64,000 nucleotides of DNA from Octopus vulgaris (lineage: Eukaryota). Below the pieces are notes generated by a model that ran no database searches, was not told the origin of the DNA, and saw only the letters and a list, made by a program, of their open reading frames with translations. Within the stretch, counting starts at the first letter, position 1; every line of letters starts with the position of its first letter. Positions 13,401 to 23,869 of the stretch are shown piece by piece. The DNA lies in the NCBI GenBank assembly GCA_951406725.2, contig OX597820.1, positions 68,510,001 to 68,574,000 of the forward strand, read 5' to 3'. A program made the translations under genes and the position numbers.

Positions 13401-14984
13401 TTTAATGTGAAACAATGAAAGAATACAATGACTTCTTCGTTTAAAATGTTTGAGAGTGTAATTACTTTTGAAAGAAAAGTATTCTAATTGTGAAATTTTG
13501 AAACCAACGGCCATCGTCGTATATATGCATGCTGATGATGATGGCTGACCACTCGTGACCGAGGAAGAACACTACTGAGCATCACTCTGCATGGAAAATG
13601 TTAGCAATGCCTACGCGTGAGATTACTGCACCCGCGATCGGCTTCATCCCGGGTCCTGCCCTCGGGGTTCCTTTCCCCCCCCCCCCCCCATCCCTCCAGC
13701 GCCCTCCTAATTGATCAGATATAAGGAAATTGACTCGCCGATGATTGCACAACCTGTAAGTTTAGGTCCAATAATGTTGGTTCCACTTCGCAGGCACTCT
13801 TCACCTTACTAGTATAATCCAGTGACAAGCCAGGGCAAGATATACAACACCAATAATGGGTCGCTAGCTATGATATGTGGAAGTACACGCGAAAGATCTC
13901 CAAAATGTAATGTATCATTCCTAGAGACATGTTTCGACAAGAGCTAAGGGATGCCTCACTATCAGTGGTCTTTCAGCATGCCAGACACCAACCCGTAATT
14001 TCTGAGTGCCTGTGCTATTGCTGTTTATTCGTTGAACCTACACTAGGGTCATCCGTCCTTTTGTATGCATATGTATACATATATAATATATACATACATA
14101 TACATACATATATACATACATAAATACATATGCAAACCTACCAATCATTGCCCAAAGTAATGAATTAAAAGACATAATCAAGGATCGAGCTATGGTGCTT
14201 AGTAAAAGACAGCCTAAAAACTTGAAAACATTACTAACAAAGGCAAAATTTGACCTCAGCAACAAAGACCAAACATTCACGGTATCTAAATGCAATGATA
14301 GCCGATGTGGCACATGCCAATTCATACATACCGGTCAATATATAAACACAAAAACCGGGAAAATATTCACAAACGCGAATATGAACTGCAAAAGCAGAAA
14401 TTTAATTTACTGCATCAAATGCCCAAATTGTGAAGAAATATATGTAGGTCAGACGGGAAACGCACTATTAGAACGCTCACGTGTACACCGGCAACAGATT
14501 AGAGACCCAGAGGTCCGTCAGATACCTTTGAGTAACCACCTAGCAACATGTGGTCGGAAAATATATATAATATTTCCATTCTACAAATTACACAGCCCAA
14601 GTGAAATCGAGAGGAAAATCAGAGAAAAGAATTTTATTGATAAATTCGAACCCAAGCTAAATAAGCAATAATAATAAAACTTAGAGGTATTACTTCCACT
14701 GCTACGACCATGACCACTAACAACAACAACAATACTAAAGGTGATCAAGACGAAGATAGCAGGAAAATTATCTTATTTAGGGTTAAAAGTTCTATTGCCA
14801 CCACCATCACCACTAGCAACAATAATTAAGGTGCTGACAATGATGATGATGACAATTGAAATATAAAAATATAAAAATCTCTGACAAAGGATATTTACAA
14901 CATTTCTAAAAATAACCCAACAATTGCTGCTTCGGCCAGGGTCAAGATACAGGACTCTTGACCTGTCCAACAAAGCGTGATGCC

Positions 14985-15130
14985 TAAACCAATCAGCTCA
15001 ACCAACCAATCAGCTTAAGTAATTGAGTGATACTACACACTGATTGGTCAGAATACAGTTTGCAAAACCTAGCACTCTGGAGCCTACCCAGCTGTATTTA
15101 TAGCACAGAATCACTCATCTTGCTACAGTC
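14985..15130 (+). promoter_or_regulatory. Putative Pol II promoter in pLTR (three CCAAT boxes plus TATA); duplicated at 19259-19404
   Basis: CCAATCAG at 14989 and 15006, reverse CTGATTGG at ~15040, TATTTATA at 15095-15102, and Inr-like CAGTC about 31 nt downstream. Confidence 0.6.
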
Positions 15131-15165
15131 AAAAATTGTGAAGCATGACTGTCAACACTACTACA

Positions 15166-15210
15166 TGAACCCGAAGATTGCAGAATTCAATGCATGAAAG
15201 TACTAGTTCA
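15166..15210 (+). ncRNA. Minimal type I hammerhead ribozyme (variant core CCGAAGA)
   Basis: TGAAC-CCGAAGA-T-TGCA-gaattcaa-TGCA-T-GAAA-GTAC-TA-GTTCA. Stem I TGAAC/GTTCA, stem II TGCA/TGCA, palindromic stem III AGTACT. This is the expected position for a PLE hammerhead. Confidence 0.75.
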
Positions 15211-15417
15211 ATCAGAATGAATATTTAACATTCTACTATTTCATTTTATTTTATTCAATTATAATATATTATCTTATAATATATCATTATAAGATTGTAA
15301 ATAAAACGTGAAAATCAGACAAGGTTGGAATTCTTTTTATTAATATATTCTTCTATACACAATCACACACACCCATATATATATATATATCTATATTCCT
15401 ATTGTGTATATGCCAAC

Positions 15418-16711
15418 ATGTCTGGAAAGCAACAAACAAAATTAACAGAATCCGAAAGAATTCTAATGGAAATTTCATCGAAATTATCAACACTCATCAC
15501 GATGATTGACACACAATCCTCTATTTTAAAGGAAATAGAAAAACAGTCTACAGACGGAAAACTTGGAAATGAACACATAAACTCTGAAATTAAGAATTTA
15601 GCTGAAATGATACCAACAATTATAAAATCTACAAGAGAAAGCCTACCACAACCTCCTTGGATGTCAGAAATAAACGAAAGAAATCTGGAAAAAGAGGCAC
15701 ACCGAAAAAGAGAAGAGATACAGAAGACATGGAAAAAACTCCTTAACATAAGAAAACAAAACTTCTGGAAGGCATATAAATGCGAAAAATATGCTGAAAT
15801 ACATTCGAAATGGATATCTTTAGCGGCACCCATACTTCCTCGGAAGTACCTAATTAAAGAAATTGCAGGAGAACCAGAGGAAGAAACTAAACTTCGATGG
15901 GACCTTAGTTTGATAAAATTCAGGACCGACATCTCCATTACCCTGTCTAAACAATCCCGCCTACAAAGCCAAATACGAAGCTATCGATGATCAAATCAGA
16001 GATGAAATATCCAAACTAACGACCGGCAATATAGCAGAAAAAATGCGAGAACTATGGATCAGAGATATCTCAAAAGAAGAAAGCAGATCAAGAAAGTTTT
16101 GGCAGCGGAAACAATTATTTCTCGACAAATATGCTACAAATTACGGTAAAGACACCAGAACTCCGAGAAATAGCATTAAAAGTGGACAACCTCACCAACG
16201 CAACATACACCAGAACACGTGGCAACATGAACACCCGTTTCACCACGAATCGAAGACGAACTACGGTAAGAACTCTTCCCATTTTGTATGCAAACACCCT
16301 AATGCACACAACATGAACAAAAAGCACAAACAAAATAGATATTGTTTTGAACAGACCATTAGCAGTAGAAATAACAGGAGATCATTTTCAAGACCTCAAC
16401 AGAGATTACCCACAAGAAACTGGACAAAAAACCGATCTAGATCTAGAAGTAAACCCAGATCATTTCTCCAGGTGGTTAAAAACAATGCTAACAAGAAATT
16501 GAAAAGTAGCATACATAATACCAAAAACAAGACAGAAAACATAACGAAACCAAGTAAAGTACCACAACCAAAACGCAAAATTCATCAAGCAAACATCAAC
16601 AGGAATATAAATCATAACCAGAAAAAAATCCATTTTTTTACGTCAGGACAACAAACACCGGAGAAAGAAAAAATCCAAGAGGAAACATACCCCAAACAAC
16701 TGAACGTATAG
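15418..16711 (+). CDS. PLE upstream ORF1 (~430 aa): helical/coiled-coil N-terminus and basic, RS-rich C-terminus; broken by a 1-nt frameshift near 15950-15958
   Basis: ATG in good context (gccaacATG, 15418). The frame ...KFRTDISITLSK continues after one extra base as AYKAKYEAIDDQIRDEISKLTTGNIAEKMRELW..., joining ORFs 15325-15990 and 16043-16711. Confidence 0.65.
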
Positions 16712-18945
16712 ATCCTAAAATAATTAATTTATCAAAAAGAGATCTTGACAATGATGAAATCCAACTTCTGTCAAAAGGACTGAAATTCACACCTACACCA
16801 ACAGCCAACCACCAAGAATTAAAGGAGGATATCCAAAAATTCTGTCGAAAATTACGACTTGTAGAATTCTTCGCTAACAAAAGTAATGAGATTGATGAAT
16901 CCCTAGTAAGGAATAAATCAAATTTCACCCCACCAAAAGGAAGAAATAACTACCTTGACCAATACATTGATATCCTGTCTAAATTTCCCCTTAGACGCAA
17001 TACCAATGTTAGGCCAAACATTAGCAAATCAGAGATGTCTGCATGTAAACGTATACAAAACGATCAAACAATAATAATTAAACAAGCAGATAAAGGTGGT
17101 GCAATTGTTATTATGGATACCGAATACTATAAGGATTTGGTTGAAGACCAACTGAAGGATACAACCTTCTATTGTGAAATACCCGCAAATATAGACCACC
17201 ACATCATGAAAAAGATCAACAACCTGATTTCAACACACCACAACTCACTTACGGATAATGAAAAAGACTACATCACCAATTTTGAACCAAAACCCAGCAA
17301 CTTCTACGGCTTACCAAAAATACACAAATCAAAAAACATTCAACAGGCAGTAAAAGAACAAGAAAGTGAGTACATAAAATTATTACATCCAAAAGACCTA
17401 AAACTTAGACCTATTATAGCTGGTCCAGCATGCCCTACACACCGTCTAAGCAATTTTATTGACATTGTTTTGAAACCACTATGTACTTACATACCAAGTT
17501 TCATCAGGGATGACATCGACTTCCTGTCCCATCTTCCCAAAACAACAGAAACAAATTCAGTTTTGCTAAGTTTTGATGTGGTAAGCCTCTACACCAATAT
17601 TCCACACGATTTAGGAATAAAGGCGATTAAATACTGGTTAGAAAAACATAGAGAAGTGATTCCCAGCAGATTCACAGTGCCATTTATATTAGACACAGTC
17701 AAACTTATTCTAGAAAATAACACATTCTTCTTCAATGGAAAGAATTACATCCAAATTAGAGGCACGGCGATGGGAACGAGGTTTGCTCCCGTTTACGCCA
17801 ACTCTGTAATGGGATACTTAGAAGAACAACTCTACCAAGAGGTGGAGGTAAACTATGGCACTGGATTTAGAAAGTATATTGAAAAGGCATGGAAGAGATA
17901 CCTAGACGACTGTTTCATAATCTGGACAGAATCTCTAAATACTCTGGAAGAGTTCAATATCCTCCTGAACAACCTACACCCATCTCTCAAATTTACAAAG
18001 GAGATGAGTAGTACCAAATTACCATTCCTGGATATAATGGTAATTAAAAAAGACACCACCATCACCACAGATATATACTATAAACACACAGACACACATC
18101 AATACCTAAATTTTAAGTCGTGCCATCCACCACATACAAAACGTAACATCCCATACTGCCTAGCCAGAAGAATTTGTACTATTGTAGAAGATGCAAATAT
18201 CAGGAACAAACGCCTAATAGAACTAAGAGAATTTTTGCTCAAACAAAAATACCCATCTCTACTTATAGAAAATGGCATACAGCGGGCTATAAAAATACCT
18301 ATACAACAACTTAGGACAACCCAAGGAAGAGGAAAACAAGAACAAGTCATACCATTCATAGTGACACACAACCCATGTCACCAGAATATCTTCAACATTG
18401 CCAAAGCAAACCTACCAATCATTGCCCAAAGTAATGAATTAAAAGACATAATCAAGGATCGAGCTATGGTGCTTAGTAAAAGACAGCCTAAAAACTTGAA
18501 AACATTACTAACAAAGGCAAAATTTGACCTCAGCAACAAAGACCAAACATTCACGGTATCTAAATGCAATGATAGCCGATGTGGCACATGCCAATTCATA
18601 CATACCGGTCAATATATAAACACAAAAACCGGGAAAATATTCACAAACGCGAATATGAACTGCAAAAGCAGAAATTTAATTTACTGCATCAAATGCCCAA
18701 ATTGTGAAGAAATATATGTAGGTCAGACGGGAAACGCACTATTAGAACGCTCACGTGTACACCGGCAACAGATTAGAGACCCAGAGGTCCGTCAGATACC
18801 TTTGAGTAACCACCTAGCAACATGTGGTCGGAAAATATATATAATATTTCCATTCTACAAATTACACAGCCCAAGTGAAATCGAGAGGAAAATCAGAGAA
18901 AAGAATTTTATTGATAAATTCGAACCCAAGCTAAATAAGCAATAA
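16618..18945 (+). CDS. PLE reverse transcriptase plus GIY-YIG endonuclease (open frame of 775 codons; first ATG only at 17035)
   Basis: IINLSKR..LLSKGLKFTPTP; ADKGG; FYGLPKIHK; LRPII; SFDVVSLYTNIP; GTAMG; RYLDD; LPFLD; SCHPP; CxxxxCxxC linker; LIYCIKCPNCEEIYVGQT...R..H..H..E..LN. Confidence 0.95.
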   Translation, partial: PEKNPFFYVRTTNTGERKNPRGNIPQTTERIDPKIINLSKRDLDNDEIQLLSKGLKFTPTPTANHQELKEDIQKFCRKLRLVEFFANKSNEIDESLVRNKSNFTPPKGRNNYLDQYIDILSKFPLRRNTNVRPNISKSEMSACKRIQNDQTIIIKQADKGGAIVIMDTEYYKDLVEDQLKDTTFYCEIPANIDHHIMKKINNLISTHHNSLTDNEKDYITNFEPKPSNFYGLPKIHKSKNIQQAVKEQESEYIKLLHPKDLKLRPIIAGPACPTHRLSNFIDIVLKPLCTYIPSFIRDDIDFLSHLPKTTETNSVLLSFDVVSLYTNIPHDLGIKAIKYWLEKHREVIPSRFTVPFILDTVKLILENNTFFFNGKNYIQIRGTAMGTRFAPVYANSVMGYLEEQLYQEVEVNYGTGFRKYIEKAWKRYLDDCFIIWTESLNTLEEFNILLNNLHPSLKFTKEMSSTKLPFLDIMVIKKDTTITTDIYYKHTDTHQYLNFKSCHPPHTKRNIPYCLARRICTIVEDANIRNKRLIELREFLLKQKYPSLLIENGIQRAIKIPIQQLRTTQGRGKQEQVIPFIVTHNPCHQNIFNIAKANLPIIAQSNELKDIIKDRAMVLSKRQPKNLKTLLTKAKFDLSNKDQTFTVSKCNDSRCGTCQFIHTGQYINTKTGKIFTNANMNCKSRNLIYCIKCPNCEEIYVGQTGNALLERSRVHRQQIRDPEVRQIPLSNHLATCGRKIYIIFPFYKLHSPSEIERKIREKNFIDKFEPKLNKQ

Positions 18946-19670
18946 TAATAATACTTAGAGGTATTACTTCCACTGCTACGACCATGACCACTAACAACAA
19001 CAACAATACTAAAGGTGATCAAGACGAAGATAGCAGGAAAATTATCTTATTTAGGGTTAAAAGTTCTATTGCCACCACCATCACCACTAGCAACAATAAT
19101 TAAGGTGCTGACAATGATGATGATGACAATTGAAATATAAAAATATAAAAATCTCTGACAAAGGATATTTACAACATTTCTAAAAATAACCCAACAATTG
19201 CTGCTTCGGCCAGGGTCAAGATACAGGACTCTTGACCTGTCCAACAAAGCGTGATGCCTAAACCAATCAGCTCAACCAACCAATCAGCTTAAGTAATTGA
19301 GTGATACTACACACTGATTGGTCAGAATACAGTTTGCAAAACCTAGCACTCTGGAGCCTACCCAGCTGTATTTATAGCACAGAATCACTCATCTTGCTAC
19401 AGTCAAAAATTGTGAAGCATGACTGTCAACACTACTACATGAACCCGAAGATTACAGAATTCAATGCATGAAAGTACTAGTTCAATCAGAATGAATATTT
19501 AACATTCTACTATTTCATTTTATTTTATTCAATTATAATATATTATCTTATAATATATCATTATAAGATTGTAAATAAAACGTGAAAATCAGACAAGGTT
19601 GGAATTCTTTTTATTAATATATTCTTCTATACACAATCACACACACCCATATATATATATATATCTATAT
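18406..19670 (+). repeat. Downstream pseudo-LTR / 3' end of the PLE
   Basis: Direct repeat of 14132-15396 that runs into (TA)n. Confidence 0.95.
19440..19484 (+). ncRNA. Second copy of the PLE hammerhead, with a stem II mismatch
   Basis: Same as 15166-15210 but TACA instead of TGCA in stem II (G>A at 19454). Confidence 0.65.
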
Positions 19671-19682
19671 ATATATATATAT

Positions 19683-19837
<155 letters not shown>

Positions 19838-19949
19838 CTTTGGAATGATAGCAGAGAAATCTTCAAAACATGTATCCGAAGTAAAAGTATTTGAATTATA
19901 CCTGCGTTAAGCTCCATTTATTTATTTATTTATATATTATGCAAAAAAT

Positions 19950-20290
19950 TCCACGTAAACCCGAAGTTTCTACCTTTAAAAACCGTCATGGCACTCGCTC
20001 GTTGACCGCAGTCCGGACGCAGTTCGTCGCAGCCGTTTCGAAAGGATCGGGTGGAGGAAGCGACGACGACCACCGACGCGTAGGGCGCCGGGCGAGTCTA
20101 AAAGCTGCAGCGGGCCCGCGCCAATCGCCGCTGCCCCTCTCGTCTGCCGACCTAGTCGCTGGCCTTCTTCGCCTTCTCCACTTCCTCTTCCGCCCGGAAC
20201 CGGCCCCACTTCAAATCGACCCGCACCGGAGCCCGTCCGCAGTAAACAGCTACAACCTGTTTACTTGTGCAATTTTTTGCTACCCTGGTA
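19950..20290. other. Isolated GC/CpG-rich island of unknown origin
   Basis: Dense CpG in an AT-rich background. Hairpins GCAGCGG/CCGCTGC and GTAAACAG/CTGTTTAC. Confidence 0.5.
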
Positions 20291-20380
20291 AATATTTATC
20301 TATTTTTCCGTGTTAATTGTTAACATCTGGAAAATACACTCATCTCTGTCTGTCTGTCTGTCTGTCTGTCTCTGTCTCTA

Positions 20381-20441
<61 letters not shown>

Positions 20442-20442
<1 letters not shown>

Positions 20443-20678
20443 CCTCTCTTATCTTAATAACGGTCAATTACCTAGTTATTTCCCTTTGTTTAACGGTCAT
20501 TTTCAAATAATTTTTGATTGCCCCAATAACTGACGAGTTGCAGGAGTAGGTTTCCGCCCGACATCCGAAACTCAGAGTTCTATTATATCAACCGAATAAT
20601 TGTCACATATTATATTACAGATAAATTCCTCTATTTACATAATATTGAGGTCTCATTCATTCTTTTACTTTACTATTA

Positions 20679-20680
<2 letters not shown>
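20442..20680 (+). mobile_element. Short (TA)n-flanked segment with a degenerate hammerhead-like motif (solo pLTR or retrozyme-like)
   Basis: aataa-CTGACGA-[30 nt]-GAAA-CTCAGAG-TT-ctatt at 20525-20584. Stem II pairs poorly. Confidence 0.4.
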
Positions 20681-20725
<45 letters not shown>

Positions 20726-20727
<2 letters not shown>

Positions 20728-21670
20728 AGGATGTTCGGAATGTAATTGCGTTTTACCAGATATGATATAAAAACGATTGCAAAATACGTTTATCTGAATA
20801 GATTTAATCAAGAATGTAATATCCATCATTGTCAACATCAGCCAAACGAGAAAGTATCATTTGGATCCCACAATCAAAAAACCTATTTCTTACTCTGAAA
20901 AATGACTGAAAAACTGTTTTCAACTATCTCTTTATTTCTGAATGATTTGCCTCTTATAATATGTTATGTTGATCGGAACAGATGGAAATCCGTATGGCTA
21001 AATCATGTGAGTATGGTGGATGTAAGAGAACATCTCATTGTAAACATCCTATATTTATTTGGGTTTGTCTTGAGGAGTATAGCCGTGCATTGTTACGCTG
21101 GAAAATAACACTTTTTTTCCGTTTACTAAAGCTGGTCACTTCCGCCGTAATTTTCCATTTACACGATCAAGTAGTTGGCAACAGATATATGTATTGATGG
21201 ACCTGGTAGCGCATGATGGGCGATGTTCCAGTAGATTGTAATAGCCGAAACCTGTCATGCTCTACCAAACTCAGAGCAAGGATTTTTCTGTATGAAGTTC
21301 TGGTTTTGGTGTTGGCAAAGGCCTCTCATTAAATGATAACCGTTGTCGTTTTCGTTTTCTGTTCTGATGCAAAAAACCTTTTTTCATCACCTGTAACAAT
21401 GCACTGCAGAAATGATAGGTTGTTACTCATTGGTAGAAGACTGCCGTCGATGGTGAAATATTGTGTTACGTTTTCAAGCATAAGCGACGTAGAACCCAAA
21501 TTCCATCACTGCATATTTTTCCATTTTGCGTCTGATTTTCATGGATAGTTGAACATGACACATTAAGGCTTTTGCGCCAAATCTGTAGTGTATTGATGTA
21601 GACCCGATGCAAGATTCTCATTCAAAATGTCGTCATTCAGGGTTGAATGTCTTCTAGAGCGAGACTTGTC
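20726..21670 (-). mobile_element. Mariner-like transposon remnant (catalytic region and one end)
   Basis: Reverse strand encodes IVTGDEK and DLA.TDFHLFRS-like motifs (mariner DD34D, YSPDLAPxD). Many disablements. Confidence 0.75.
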
Positions 21671-21966
21671 GGATATGTCTTACACACAAACACATACACA
21701 TACACACATAAACACACAGACATACACACACGCACACACGCACACACGCACACACATGTTAGGGCGTTTGGAATGAAAGTGTTTACATCCAAAATGGAGA
21801 CGAACATCATCCCTCCATTGTATCGGGTTGAAATATTGTTAACATATTAAGAAATTTTTCTTAACATGAAACAAATGGTAGCTTTAAGACAAAGATAAAG
21901 AAACTTTATCCACCAATGCGGTGCTGAGCACACTTTCTCATTCTTTGAAATTTACGTATATATATA

Positions 21967-22003
<37 letters not shown>

Positions 22004-23869
22004 CTATTTCTCATATATTTATATATGTGTGTATATATACGCATGCATATACATACATACATATATATACATATATACATATATATACACACATATATAT
22101 ACATATCAATACACACCCATATATATATACGTATATATACACATGTATATACATATTTACGGATATATATATATATATATATATCGCTATTTCTCATATA
22201 CGTATATATGTATATATATATATATATTTATGAGAAATAGCGACACAAATGCAAGACAAAATAGAAGCGCACATATAGATAAGATTTATATATGCTCGCA
22301 CGCTTGTATGTATTATATATTCGCCCGCCTATAGATGTACCAAATTTAAATGTAAAATATTCCATATATATGCATACGAAATTATATACATACGAACACA
22401 AGAACAGAAGAACCTATACACACACACACATACACACATAAGCATACAAATATACATATGTATATATACGTATATACATATGTATGTATTTATGTATGTA
22501 TGCATGTATGTATGTAAGTATATATGTATGTACTTTAATGTCCTCTAGCAGACAAATTGTGCAAGTGAGATAATAACCTCTTCATATTCCGAGGGATTGA
22601 AAGTTTCAATTTCAAATTAAAGAACAACGAAAAAGAGGTGTGGAATACGTATACTTTTTTCATGTTTTTTTTTCTGTGTATGTGCTTATTTTGTTTCCAC
22701 GTTCTAAAAATTTCTAGAATAGGTATTATATTTTCCCACAAAGCATTTGTAGCATTCCATCAAATATCACACTGCATACACGATCATTTCCTTAGCTTCA
22801 ATATCTGCTTTCAGTAGTACCACGTTCACTTCGCAATCAGGCCATAATCTAAAGACTAGACATTCCTAACTATTTTTAATTATTTTTTTCTTTGTTCATT
22901 ACCTTAGCAGATGCTACGGCATTTCAGTTTGACAAGTTATAAAATGCTACATCTAAAATACATGTTATTTAAAACAAACACTTCAATTTTTTAAGGTAAA
23001 TTTTGTTTCCCTTCTTCATTCCTGCTGTTTATTTGCTTCCGCTAATTTTCGTTTTTCATACAACGAATATTTTAGAAACCATAGAGTTTTCGACTACAAA
23101 ATGGTAAGATGATTGAAGCAATATTCACAATCTTCTTTATTCTTACACATCCTTGTGTTGTTTCTAGCCATCCGCTTCTTACATTCTTGCTTCCAGTTGG
23201 TCAATTATTCCATATCCACTGTCAAAGAGATAGCGCAACAGACCCTCGAGGTACGTCTTTTGTCACCATAGAAACCGAATATTGATTCGAAATTCAGTTA
23301 ATGGTTTGTTTCTTGCACAATCTCTTTTCTGTTGTTTCTCTATCTACGAATCTTTCGTTTGTTCTTCCTCTTCTGTTTTTCTTCCTTTTTCCCCTCCCTT
23401 TGTTCTGAATAATAGATATCTCTTCTCTTCGAACAATTTTCTAGATTGAAGATCAATATGATTAAGAGGTAGTAGCTTAAAAAACAAAGATAAAGGAAGA
23501 GAAGAATAGCAGCGGTAGCATCAGCAGCAGTAGCAGAAGCAGCAGCAAAGACATCCAAAATGAATGGCAGTTTTACCATAATGACAAGAACACAAACAGC
23601 AAGATGAAAAAAAAAATGGACACGAATAAAGAATGTGTAAAAGAGGGAGGAGGGGTCTAGGAATGGGAGAAACAAGAAGGGAGTTTTGCTGGTTGAGGTG
23701 ACGTAGGTGGTGGTTGTGATGGAGAAGGAAGAGGAGGGGGAACAAGAAGGGAAGAGCGAATTCTAAGAAAGGCGAATTTTGTAGCAAGCAGTAAGATGGT
23801 CTCAACGGAAATGTCATACATGATAACGATGATGATGGCGAAGAAGCACAAGAAAAAGAGGCTGATGAT

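Larger units (their letters stand above)
14132..15396 (+). repeat. Upstream pseudo-LTR: 5'-truncated tandem copy of the 3' end of the element, including the GIY-YIG coding part
   Basis: Identical to 18406-19670 except the substitutions I could see (14678 A vs 18952 T; 15180 G vs 19454 A). ORF 14192-14671 equals the C-terminal 159 aa of 17035-18945. Confidence 0.95.
14132..19670 (+). mobile_element. Penelope-like retroelement (EN+, Neptune-type) in partial-tandem arrangement
   Basis: RT plus C-terminal GIY-YIG ORF. 1265-bp direct repeats (14132-15396 = 18406-19670, constant offset 4274). Hammerhead motif in each repeat. Both ends lie in TA-rich microsatellite and no TSD is visible. Confidence 0.95.

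Noticed and set aside
14192-14671. Stand-alone GIY-YIG nuclease gene
   Set aside because: It is the duplicated 3' end of the PLE ORF within the upstream pLTR, lies upstream of the promoter, and is not an independent gene.
15399-15938. 179-aa antisense ORF within PLE ORF1
   Set aside because: A shadow of the A-rich sense ORF with no recognisable motif.
15988-15990. Selenocysteine or read-through at the TGA ending ORF 15325-15990
   Set aside because: The same frame stops again five codons later, and a 1-nt frameshift upstream gives a better continuous protein.
14132-19670. LTR retrotransposon or assembly duplication
   Set aside because: No integrase, protease, PBS or TG..CA ends. The partial-tandem layout is typical of PLEs, and the repeats differ by at least two substitutions.
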